From Bacilli bacterium (lineage in GTDB: Bacteria; Bacillota_I; Bacilli_A; RF39; UBA660): a stretch of DNA of 64,000 nucleotides. The position numbers and the translations under genes were made by a program. The stretch covers positions 123 through 64,122 of the forward strand of contig JAFTRC010000058.1 in NCBI GenBank assembly GCA_017462455.1. Reading direction: 5' to 3'. Under the pieces are notes generated by a model. It was not told the origin of the DNA. It ran no database searches and saw nothing but the letters and a program-made list of their open reading frames with translations. Shown here in pieces: positions 10,273-18,898 of this stretch (position 1 is the first letter of the stretch; every line of letters begins with the position of its first letter).

Positions 10273-10506
10273 ATGAAATTAAAAGTTGATAAAGATTTAT
10301 GTATAGGATGTGGTGCTTGTCAAGCAGTTGCTCCAGAAGTTTTTGAAATTGAAGATGATGGATTAGCAACTACAATAGTTGATGAAGTTCCAAAAGAAAT
10401 AGAAGAAGATGCGATTGATGCAAAAGAAGGATGCCCTACTAGCGCAATTGATGAAGTTACTGAAGAAGATGAAAATACCGAGGAAACTTCTAACAATGAA
10501 GAATAA
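10273..10506 (+). CDS. ferredoxin (single-cluster CxxCxxC...CP type) with acidic tail
   Basis: Contains CIGCGACQAVAPEVF...GCPTSAI. AGGAGG lies upstream. Confidence 0.85.
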   Translation: MKLKVDKDLCIGCGACQAVAPEVFEIEDDGLATTIVDEVPKEIEEDAIDAKEGCPTSAIDEVTEEDENTEETSNNEE

Positions 10507-10525
10507 TTAAAAATAATCAAGAAAT

Positions 10526-11251
10526 TTAATCTTGATTATTTTTTTCTCCATATAATTTTTTTACTTCTTTTATACTAAGTTCTCTATACTCCCCTGATGG
10601 CACTCCATCTAAAGTTAAGAATGCAATACTTTCTCTTTTTAGTTTTAATACATCATATCCTATAGCTTTAAACATATTCTTAACTTGATGATTCTTTCCT
10701 TCATGTATTATTAATTCTACAATACTACTATTTGTTTTTTTATCTATTTTAAGTATTTTTGCTTTAGCTTTACTTGTTTTCTTACCATTTATAAATACCC
10801 CATTACAAAGTTTTCTTACTTCATCTTTAGTAATCAAACCTTTTATTTTAGCTACATATACTTTTTCTATATTGTTTTTTGGATGAGTTAAGTAATTTGT
10901 TAATTCCCCGTCATTAGTAAGTATTATAAGCCCAGTTGTATCATAATCAAGTCTTCCTACAGGATATATTCTTTTATCTGTTTTTATTAAATCTACAACA
11001 GTTTTTCTACCCTTTTCATCACTGGCCGTAGTTACTATTCCTCTTGGTTTATTTAATAAATAATATACTTTATCTTCTACTGTTTCAATAGGATGACCCT
11101 CTACTTCTATATAATCTGAAAAATTAGTTTTATAACCCATCTCTGTTATAATATTTCCATTAACTTTTACTTTACCTTTGCTTATTAATTCTTCTGCTTT
11201 TCTTCTAGAACAATATCCAGATAAAGCTATAATTTTTTGTAAACGCTCCAT
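10526..11251 (-). CDS. rluB: 23S rRNA pseudouridine synthase, RluB/RsuA family with S4 domain
   Basis: S4 domain (MERLQKIIALSGYCSRRKAEELI) plus the GRLDYDTTGLIILTNDG catalytic motif. Track ORF trimmed by 4 codons. Confidence 0.85.
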   Translation of the reverse strand: MERLQKIIALSGYCSRRKAEELISKGKVKVNGNIITEMGYKTNFSDYIEVEGHPIETVEDKVYYLLNKPRGIVTTASDEKGRKTVVDLIKTDKRIYPVGRLDYDTTGLIILTNDGELTNYLTHPKNNIEKVYVAKIKGLITKDEVRKLCNGVFINGKKTSKAKAKILKIDKKTNSSIVELIIHEGKNHQVKNMFKAIGYDVLKLKRESIAFLTLDGVPSGEYRELSIKEVKKLYGEKNNQD

Positions 11252-11305
11252 CAAAATCACCAAAGATATTATACCTTATTTGTTTATTTTAATCAATCTA
11301 AAATT

Positions 11306-11827
11306 TTATCCCCAAAAAAGATTAACAATAACTATACTAGCGACTATTCCAATTAAATCGGCACAAAGTCCTGCAAACAAACTATATCTTATCTTTTTTA
11401 TTCCAATGCATCCAAAATAAAGACTTATTATATAAAAAGTAGTATCAGTACATCCTTGCATAACTGAGCCTAATAATCCTATAAAACTATCTGGACCATG
11501 CACAGTAAATATATTATTTAGATAAGCAAGGGAAGCGTTTGCTGATATAGGTCTAACTAGAGCTAAAGGAAATAATTCTGCAGGAAATTTTATTACATTA
11601 AAAATAGGTTTTAGGAGCGATAATATAAAGTCAAGAAATCCACTATTAACAAAAAGATTGATTGCAAGTATCATAGCTATAAATGTAGGAAATAAATTTT
11701 TAATCATAGAAAAACTTTCTTTAACTCCATCAATAAAAGTATCATAAACATCTACTTTTTTTATAAATCCATATACTACTATAAATATAACTGTTAAAGG
11801 TATTATTAAGTTTGATATAAAGTTAAT
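11306..11827 (-). CDS. spmB: spore maturation protein B (nucleoside-recognition/Gate domain), ATT start inferred
   Basis: The track ORF (ATG at 11707) is only 133 aa. The frame stays open up to 11842 and encodes a further hydrophobic N-terminal segment. AGGAGG-N7-ATT lies at 11840..11825, with the ATT overlapping the spmA TAA by 1 nt. Confidence 0.7.
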   Translation of the reverse strand: MNFISNLIIPLTVIFIVVYGFIKKVDVYDTFIDGVKESFSMIKNLFPTFIAMILAINLFVNSGFLDFILSLLKPIFNVIKFPAELFPLALVRPISANASLAYLNNIFTVHGPDSFIGLLGSVMQGCTDTTFYIISLYFGCIGIKKIRYSLFAGLCADLIGIVASIVIVNLFWG

Positions 11828-12404
11828 TTTTATACCTCCTAGCTAATAGTCTATCTATGATTATACCGCCTAAAGTGGCAAAGAAAGTACTTAATATACA
11901 AGCTAATACTATTTTAGTGGGTTCCAAGCTACCATGCATCATTCTAAGTGAAATGATTGTTGTTGGTATCAATGTAAGACCACTTGTATTTATTACTAAG
12001 AAAGTTATCATAGATCTTGAGGCAGTATCTTTTTTCTTATTTAGTTTTTGTAGTGATGACATAGCTTTAAGTCCAAAAGGAGTAGCTGCACTACCAAGAC
12101 CAAATATATTAGCTATTATATTACTAGCAATTAAACTTAAACTTTCATGACATGCAGGTATCTCTGGAAATATTTTAGTTAACACGGGAGATAATTTATT
12201 AGATAATTTTTGCAATAGTCCTGATACTTCAGCTATCTTAGTTAATCCCATCCAAAGAGCAACTACAGGAAATATTTTAAATAGCATATCCAGACTTACT
12301 TTAGTACTATCTACTATTGTTGTATTTATAACATCTAATTTATTTGTAAGAATGCCAAAAATTATTCCAATTACGATTAAAAATAGCCAAATTAGGTTTA
12401 CCAT
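11823..12404 (-). CDS. spmA: spore maturation protein A
   Basis: Membrane protein starting MVNLIWLFL. Sits in the conserved dacB-spmA-spmB order. Its ATG overlaps the dacB stop (ATGGTAA). Confidence 0.8.
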   Translation of the reverse strand: MVNLIWLFLIVIGIIFGILTNKLDVINTTIVDSTKVSLDMLFKIFPVVALWMGLTKIAEVSGLLQKLSNKLSPVLTKIFPEIPACHESLSLIASNIIANIFGLGSAATPFGLKAMSSLQKLNKKKDTASRSMITFLVINTSGLTLIPTTIISLRMMHGSLEPTKIVLACILSTFFATLGGIIIDRLLARRYKN

Positions 12405-13477
12405 AGGTTTACAAACCACTCCTTGATTTTTTTAAATAATGACTTTTCTTCCTTAGCTACCTTTTCTACAAATATTTCTTCTTCATGTATCTTTTTATCA
12501 CCTAAATAAACATTTATAACACCTATTTTATCTCCATTATTTATCTTTCTTTTCTTCTCTAAGTCATATTTAAATACTAAAGTACCCTGCTCATTATTAC
12601 TTATTAGATAATTAAAATCATTTTTTATATAAAGTTTATAATTGGAATAATACTCTTCTTGATATATATTTATCTCGCCTTTTTCAAGAATTTTTAAGTT
12701 AGTATAATTATTAAACCCATATTCAAACAAAGACCTATGATCGCTCCAGTCATTTCCATCATTAAGAGTTACTACTACTAAATTTATATTATCTTTACTA
12801 GCTGTTGTTACAAGTGTTCTTTTAGCTATTTCAGTGAATCCTGTCTTACCACCTGTTGTATATTTATAAGTAGATAATAATTTATTTTTATTTATCCAAC
12901 TATATACATTTTTATTTGTTGTAAGTGTATATTTTTTAGTACCTGTTATTTCTCTATAATCATCTAATTTCATAGCATAACTCGCAAGTATAGCCATATC
13001 ATAGGCAGTTGAATAATTCCCTTTATCTTCATCAAGTCCACTAGGATTATTAAATGTAGTATTATTCATTCCTATTTCATTAGCTTTCTTATTCATCATT
13101 TCAACAAAATCATCTACACTATCACCCACATATTTAGCAATAGCAAGTGCGGCATCATTACCACTTCTAAGCATTAATCCATAAACTAAATCTCGTAAAG
13201 TTAATTCTTCACCTTCTTTTATATAAATACCAGACCCATAAGCTTGATTGATTTCATCGCCTACTATAACTTTATTATCAAGTTTTCCTGATTCTATAGC
13301 AATTACTGCAGTCATTATTTTAGATATGCTAGCTACGCTTCTCACTTCGTTTATGTTCTTTTCATATAAAATTCTATTAGTATCTATATCCATAAGTATT
13401 GCACTTCTAGCGCTTGTTTCTATAGCTAATACTCCAATAGGAAATAACAAAATTAAAAATAAGAAAATCTTTTTCAT
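12398..13477 (-). CDS. dacB: D-alanyl-D-alanine carboxypeptidase (sporulation-type PBP5*, DacB-like)
   Basis: Signal peptide plus SxxK (SISK), SGN (RSGND) and KTG (GKTGFT) motifs. Lies upstream of spmAB. Confidence 0.85.
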   Translation of the reverse strand: MKKIFLFLILLFPIGVLAIETSARSAILMDIDTNRILYEKNINEVRSVASISKIMTAVIAIESGKLDNKVIVGDEINQAYGSGIYIKEGEELTLRDLVYGLMLRSGNDAALAIAKYVGDSVDDFVEMMNKKANEIGMNNTTFNNPSGLDEDKGNYSTAYDMAILASYAMKLDDYREITGTKKYTLTTNKNVYSWINKNKLLSTYKYTTGGKTGFTEIAKRTLVTTASKDNINLVVVTLNDGNDWSDHRSLFEYGFNNYTNLKILEKGEINIYQEEYYSNYKLYIKNDFNYLISNNEQGTLVFKYDLEKKRKINNGDKIGVINVYLGDKKIHEEEIFVEKVAKEEKSLFKKIKEWFVNLW

Positions 13478-13505
13478 AATTTCACCAATAAATTATATGT
13501 ACAAA

Positions 13506-14165
13506 CTAATCAAAATATTTTATTATTCCTTTTTTTATAGATTCAACTATTTTATATTGATAATCTGCCTTTTGAAGTAAATATCTATCGTTAGGATTAG
13601 ATAAGAATCCCGCTTCTATAAGTATTCCAGGAATAGTTATTTTTCTATTCATAAGCATAGTTGTTATTTCTTTTACTTCTCTAGTAGTTTTTAAATCTGT
13701 TTTTAGTTGCTCCTGCATCAGCATAGCAAAGTCATAATTCTTACTATTTACATCGTCATAAAATACTTGAGCACCACTCCAAGTACTGGAACTTATTGAA
13801 TTTAAATGAATTGAAATATATATATCTGCTCCTGATGCATTTATTATTTTAGCCCTATTATTTAAATCACTTTTCTTTCTAGCTCCTGTATTATTATTAC
13901 TTAAATCATAGTCTCCATATCTAGTCATATAGATAATAGCGCCTTCTTCTTCAAGTACTTTTTGTAATTTCTCACATATTTCTAAATTAATATCTTTTTC
14001 ATATATATTTTTATATACACTTCCGGGGTCAACGCCTCCATGTCCCGCATCAAGATAAATTACTTTACCTAATAATTCTAAATTACTTTTCTTTGTATTA
14101 GCACTTACAAAAGAAAACGAACAAATAAACATTATAAGCAAAAATATAGAATATATTTTTTTCAC
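13506..14165 (-). CDS. cwlD: N-acetylmuramoyl-L-alanine amidase, CwlD-like
   Basis: Signal/anchor sequence plus an Amidase_3 signature (DAGHGGVDPG ... SIHLN). Its size and sporulation neighbourhood fit CwlD. Confidence 0.7.
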   Translation of the reverse strand: MKKIYSIFLLIMFICSFSFVSANTKKSNLELLGKVIYLDAGHGGVDPGSVYKNIYEKDINLEICEKLQKVLEEEGAIIYMTRYGDYDLSNNNTGARKKSDLNNRAKIINASGADIYISIHLNSISSSTWSGAQVFYDDVNSKNYDFAMLMQEQLKTDLKTTREVKEITTMLMNRKITIPGILIEAGFLSNPNDRYLLQKADYQYKIVESIKKGIIKYFD

Positions 14166-14212
14166 ATAATCACCAATAAATTATATGAAAAAATAAGTAT
14201 GTTTAATCATAC

Positions 14213-14878
14213 TTATCTTGTAAAACCGTTTTCTTTTTCTCCTGCTTTTATTTCTTCTAATCTTTGTTGTCCCCATTGATATTGAGTTAATTCATCAATG
14301 GCATCTTGATCCCCTTCTTTAGCTCTCTCGGATAAATCCTTATAATACTCTTTTTGAGCAGTTATTTGTTCTTCAAATGTAATATTATGTGGGAGACTAT
14401 CAAGAAGTTCTTGATGTTGAGAATATGTATAATCATTGTATTCTTCTTCTTTTTGTAATAATTTATTTATTCCCTTAGCTATAGCAGGAGATGCCATAGT
14501 TAATACTGTAACGCCAATTAATATACCTGCAGCTAATCTTGTTCTATTAGTCTTTTTTATTTCAGAATGAGCTGTAGTTAAAGCTTCTATACTTTGAATA
14601 CATTTAATATATTGCTTTTCTTTGTTTAATACTTTAATGGAAAATTTACCTTTATAAAAATCATCCTTAGCTTCGTCATATCCATCAACTTCAAATACAT
14701 ATCTAGTAACTTCGCCATCATCTAATCTCTTACCAAATTTAACTGTTCTATTTTTTATTCCTGCACTTAAAATTTGTACTAATTCATTTGGGTTATAACT
14801 TTTTTCTTTACCATTAACAACATAATAATCTTGACCATCGTTATGTCTTAATCTTATATAATATTTTTCTTTACTCAT
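14213..14878 (-). CDS. hypothetical single-pass membrane protein
   Basis: ORF trimmed to the ATG at 14878 (MSKEKYY). Central TM segment AAGILIGVTVLTMASPAIA. Confidence 0.5.
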   Translation of the reverse strand: MSKEKYYIRLRHNDGQDYYVVNGKEKSYNPNELVQILSAGIKNRTVKFGKRLDDGEVTRYVFEVDGYDEAKDDFYKGKFSIKVLNKEKQYIKCIQSIEALTTAHSEIKKTNRTRLAAGILIGVTVLTMASPAIAKGINKLLQKEEEYNDYTYSQHQELLDSLPHNITFEEQITAQKEYYKDLSERAKEGDQDAIDELTQYQWGQQRLEEIKAGEKENGFTR

Positions 14879-14960
14879 TACTATCACCCATATATAATTT
14901 ACTATTTAGATTTATTAAAGTCAATATGTTTTGTATCAAATAAAAAAAGTGTACATTTTT

Positions 14961-15614
14961 TTACACTTTAAATATATTCCAAGGTTTTCTATTAGGTAAA
15001 TCTATTTCAAATGTTAAAGATTCTTTTGTTATAGGATGATTAAAAGTAATAGAATTAGAAAATAAAGCTATTTGTTCCCCTACTAAAGCATTCTTATTAT
15101 ACTTTTGATCTCCATATAAAGGATGATTTCTTGATGAAAATTGTACTCTTATTTGATGAGACCTTCCTGTTTTTAAATTTATTTTTACTAACGATAAATT
15201 ATCTTTATATTTTACTAATTCATAATCTAATATAGATTCTTTACCTTTATTATCTACTTTAACAATATTATTCTTTGTATCTTTTAAAAGTTTATCTATT
15301 AAAGTACCCTTACTTTCTACTTTACCTTCTACTACTGCATAGTAAGTCTTTTTGAATGTTCTATTTCTTACTTGTTCACTAAGTCTTGATGCACATTTAC
15401 TAGTTTTAGCAAACACCATAATACCACCTACAGGCCTATCTAAACGGTGTATAAGGCCTAAATAGACATTTCCTGGTTTATTATCTCTTTTCTTTATAAA
15501 ATCTTTTAAAAGGGTTAAAAAATCCAAATCTTTACTACTGTCTTCTTGTACAGGTATATTTATTGGTTTTTCTACTACTAACAAATGATTATCTTCATAA
15601 ACTATATTAATCAT
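14961..15614 (-). CDS. RluA-family pseudouridine synthase (no S4 domain)
   Basis: HRLDRPVGGIMVFAKT catalytic motif. 8-nt overlap with the upstream methyltransferase gene. Confidence 0.8.
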   Translation of the reverse strand: MINIVYEDNHLLVVEKPINIPVQEDSSKDLDFLTLLKDFIKKRDNKPGNVYLGLIHRLDRPVGGIMVFAKTSKCASRLSEQVRNRTFKKTYYAVVEGKVESKGTLIDKLLKDTKNNIVKVDNKGKESILDYELVKYKDNLSLVKINLKTGRSHQIRVQFSSRNHPLYGDQKYNKNALVGEQIALFSNSITFNHPITKESLTFEIDLPNRKPWNIFKV

Positions 15615-16482
15615 TGCCTATATACCTTCCATATATTCCACAAGGAAGTACTATATTATCTCTAGTTATTGGAAGGCCTACTTCTCCTGCATCTACTTTA
15701 CCATTAGGGTAAAGAGGAAGTAGAGTCGTTTTAAGTATATTTTCAAGTACTGTAGCACTTATTCCTGTTGTATAAGAATTAATTAAGAAAAATAATGGCT
15801 TATCACTTAATATTTTTATACAAGCATCTATTAAAGCATATATACAATCTTCAAACTTCCATACTTCTTTATTAGGCCCTCTACCATAACTAGGTGGATC
15901 CATAACTATAGCATCGTATTTATTTCCTCTTCTATATTCTCTTTCAACAAATTTTAAACAATCATCTACAATGAATCTTATATAATTATTCTCTAAACCA
16001 CATAGTTTCATATTTTCTTTAGCCCATTCTGTCATCCCTTTTGAAGCATCTACTTGTACAACATCAGCTCCAGCACTAGAACAAGCCATAGTAGCAGCTC
16101 CTGTATATGAGAATAAGTTAAGTACTTTTATTTTTCTTTTACTATTCCTAATCATATCCATCATAAAGTCCCAATTGGTTGCTTGTTCTGGAAAAAGTCC
16201 AGTATGTTTAAAATTAGTTGGACTCACTTTAAAAGTTAAATGTTTATAACTTACAGTCCAAAATTCAGGTAATTTTGAATAGAATTTCCATTCTCCACCG
16301 CCTTTATTACTTCTAAAATAATGACCATCTACATTTTTCCAATTATTATTATATTCTACATTCCATATAGCTTGAGGATCTGGTCTTCTTAAGATAACAT
16401 CTCCCCATCTTTCTAACTTTTCTCCATTACCTGCATCTATACATTCATAATCTTTCCACTCATTACTTATTCTTTGCATCAT
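15607..16482 (-). CDS. class I SAM-dependent (rRNA-type, RlmI/RlmK-like) methyltransferase
   Basis: Contains LNLFSYTGAATMA ... DAIVMDPPSYG, typical of the PF10672-type methyltransferase family. Confidence 0.75.
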   Translation of the reverse strand: MMQRISNEWKDYECIDAGNGEKLERWGDVILRRPDPQAIWNVEYNNNWKNVDGHYFRSNKGGGEWKFYSKLPEFWTVSYKHLTFKVSPTNFKHTGLFPEQATNWDFMMDMIRNSKRKIKVLNLFSYTGAATMACSSAGADVVQVDASKGMTEWAKENMKLCGLENNYIRFIVDDCLKFVEREYRRGNKYDAIVMDPPSYGRGPNKEVWKFEDCIYALIDACIKILSDKPLFFLINSYTTGISATVLENILKTTLLPLYPNGKVDAGEVGLPITRDNIVLPCGIYGRYIGND

Positions 16483-16487
16483 ATCAC

Positions 16488-17162
16488 CTAAATTTCTAAT
16501 TCTTTATTTTCAAATTCTTCATCTATTAATCCTTCATGTATAAATTCTTCTTTTGTATTTAAGTAAATTTCTTCTATTCTATCTACTCTACATTTTTCAG
16601 CTGTGATTATTGATTTTACTTTATCTACTGCTTTTTCTACTCTGTCATTTACTACTACATAGTTATATTTTGTAAATTCATTTATCTCATTATAAGCAGT
16701 TTTAAATCTTTCTAGTATTTTGTCTTTTGTTTCTGTATTTCTTTTAATCAACCTATTTTTTAATTCTTCCATACTTGGAGGCATTATAAAAATAAATAAA
16801 GCTTCTGATACTTTTTCTTTTACCTTTAAGGCTCCTTGAATATCTATTTCAAGTATTACATTTTTACCTTTACTTAAATCTTCATCTATTTTAGCTTTGG
16901 GTGTTCCATAATATTGATTATTATGTACTACTGCATACTCTAAAAATTCGTCATTAGCTATTCTTTCTTCAAATTCTTCTTTACTAACAAAATAATATTC
17001 TACTCCATCTACTTCTTTTCCTCTAGGAGCACGTGAAGTCATAGATATTGATATTTTAGTATCTTTCATATCTTCAACTAATCTATTTACTATTGTTCCC
17101 TTTCCGGCTCCACTTGGTCCAGAAATTACTATAAGTAATCCTTTAGACTTTTCTCTAATCAT
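16488..17162 (-). CDS. gmk: guanylate kinase
   Basis: P-loop ISGPSGAGKGT, plus TSRAPRGKEVDGVEYYFV. Confidence 0.9.
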   Translation of the reverse strand: MIREKSKGLLIVISGPSGAGKGTIVNRLVEDMKDTKISISMTSRAPRGKEVDGVEYYFVSKEEFEERIANDEFLEYAVVHNNQYYGTPKAKIDEDLSKGKNVILEIDIQGALKVKEKVSEALFIFIMPPSMEELKNRLIKRNTETKDKILERFKTAYNEINEFTKYNYVVVNDRVEKAVDKVKSIITAEKCRVDRIEEIYLNTKEEFIHEGLIDEEFENKELEI

Positions 17163-17194
17163 ATAATCACCTTTCTTTTTTGTATTATATCATA

Positions 17195-17875
17195 TTATAG
17201 AATATTTTCACATATCAAATTGTCACATAAATTCTTATATTTTTTATATTCCTTATTGTTTCTTATAGTCCACCCTAATACTAACTTATTTATTTTAAAA
17301 GGTAATTGTTTTTTATACACACTAATAAAGTCTATTTTCTTTGTATATTTTTTAATTATATTATAATTTAATTCATTAAAAATTATTAAACCTATTACAT
17401 AGTTCTTTCTATTTTTATAAAACCAATCAATAACAAAAGGATTCATACTTTGTATAGCAAATTCTCCTTTATAATCATCTAATATTTTTACTAATTCTTC
17501 TTCAAACTTACTATTATTATCCACATCTTTTACTTCTATTAATATAGGAACACTACCATTAACTATGTGCATAACTTGTTTTAAAGTAGGAATTGTATAT
17601 TTTTTATTTATTTTAATTTTAGATAATTGTGGATAACTTAAAGTTTCTATAATTTTATTAACACCCGTTAGCTTTTTTAAGTTGTGGTCGTGATATACAA
17701 TTATAGTATTATCTTTAAGTATGTGGATATCTAACTCGATTATGTAATTTTTATCCACACTTTTTTGAAAAGCATGGAGAGTATTTTCTGAAATTTGTGA
17801 GTTGTGCACCCCTCTATGAGCTATTAAATTTCTTTTTAAAAAATCTATATTTTTCATAGTATATTTTATGTGCAT
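17195..17875 (-). CDS. glycerophosphodiester phosphodiesterase family protein
   Basis: IAHRG ... ENT ... ELDIH ... YHD motifs of the GDPD fold. An alternative start exists at 17857. Confidence 0.75.
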   Translation of the reverse strand: MHIKYTMKNIDFLKRNLIAHRGVHNSQISENTLHAFQKSVDKNYIIELDIHILKDNTIIVYHDHNLKKLTGVNKIIETLSYPQLSKIKINKKYTIPTLKQVMHIVNGSVPILIEVKDVDNNSKFEEELVKILDDYKGEFAIQSMNPFVIDWFYKNRKNYVIGLIIFNELNYNIIKKYTKKIDFISVYKKQLPFKINKLVLGWTIRNNKEYKKYKNLCDNLICENIL

Positions 17876-17911
17876 AAAAAAAGTATAGACTAAGCTATAC
17901 CTTTTAACACA

Positions 17912-18799
17912 TCAATGATGGTGGTGATGTTTTTCTAAGTGTTCCATATCAATAGTACAATCTTTTTCATCACAAACTTCATCAATGTTTTCTAACTCAA
18001 TAGTTGTATGATTTATTCCATGTTCTTTTAATTCTTCTTTTACCAACTCTTTTAATTTCTTATTTTTACCATCACTTACTATATGTATTGTCGCATAGTT
18101 ATTATATCCATCTATACTCCATATATGAATATGATGAACATCTTTAACTCCTTTTATTTTTAATATATGTTTTTTTATTTCATTAATATTAATTCCTTTA
18201 GGAGTTTTTTCTAAAAATAAATCAATAACTAATTTTAAATTTTTTAAAGCAGTTATAAATATGAATAGCGCGACTAATATAGATAACATAGGATCTATTA
18301 TTCTTATATCAGTAAATCTCATTACTATAGCACCTATTAAAACTACTAGCCATCCAAATACATCTTCTAACATATGCAGATTAACAGACTTTTGGTTTAA
18401 AGAATGTCCTCCTTTAGTAAAATAAGCAGCTAAAAAGTTTACGATTACCCCTATAACAGCAAATATAATCATTCCATTATAATTTATTTCTACTGGATTT
18501 ATAATTCTTTTAATAGCACTTAAAACAACTAATATAGAGCCTATTATTAGAATTAGAGTTGTTACTAAACTCCCTATTACTGAATATCTAACATATCCAT
18601 AAGTGTATTTATTATCTGGTTTCTTTTTACTTTTCTTTTCTAAAAAATAAGATACTCCTATACTCATTGCATCACCAATATCATGAATTGAATCAGATAT
18701 TATAGCAACACTATTTGTTATTGTTCCGCCTATAAATTCAAATATAGAAAATCCTAAATTTAAAATAAAAGCTACTAATATATTTTTTTCTGTTTTCAT
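17912..18799 (-). CDS. cation diffusion facilitator (CzcD/ZitB-like) metal efflux transporter
   Basis: 6 TM segments with HDIGD and HMLED motifs and a His-rich C-terminus. Trimmed to the ATG at 18799 (GGTGG upstream) because the track extension would run through the MATE terminator. Confidence 0.85.
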   Translation of the reverse strand: MKTEKNILVAFILNLGFSIFEFIGGTITNSVAIISDSIHDIGDAMSIGVSYFLEKKSKKKPDNKYTYGYVRYSVIGSLVTTLILIIGSILVVLSAIKRIINPVEINYNGMIIFAVIGVIVNFLAAYFTKGGHSLNQKSVNLHMLEDVFGWLVVLIGAIVMRFTDIRIIDPMLSILVALFIFITALKNLKLVIDLFLEKTPKGININEIKKHILKIKGVKDVHHIHIWSIDGYNNYATIHIVSDGKNKKLKELVKEELKEHGINHTTIELENIDEVCDEKDCTIDMEHLEKHHHHH

Positions 18800-18844
18800 T
18801 TTACCACCCATTATAATTATATCACATTTATTTAAGTTTATTTT

Positions 18845-18879
18845 ATTAAAACAAAAACATTGGAATAATTCCAATGTTT
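18845..18879 (-). terminator. intrinsic terminator after the MATE-fusion gene
   Basis: 11-bp stem aaacattggaa/ttccaatgttt, followed by TTGTTTT on the minus strand. Confidence 0.65.
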
Positions 18880-18898
18880 GATTTATTGTAATTTGTAC

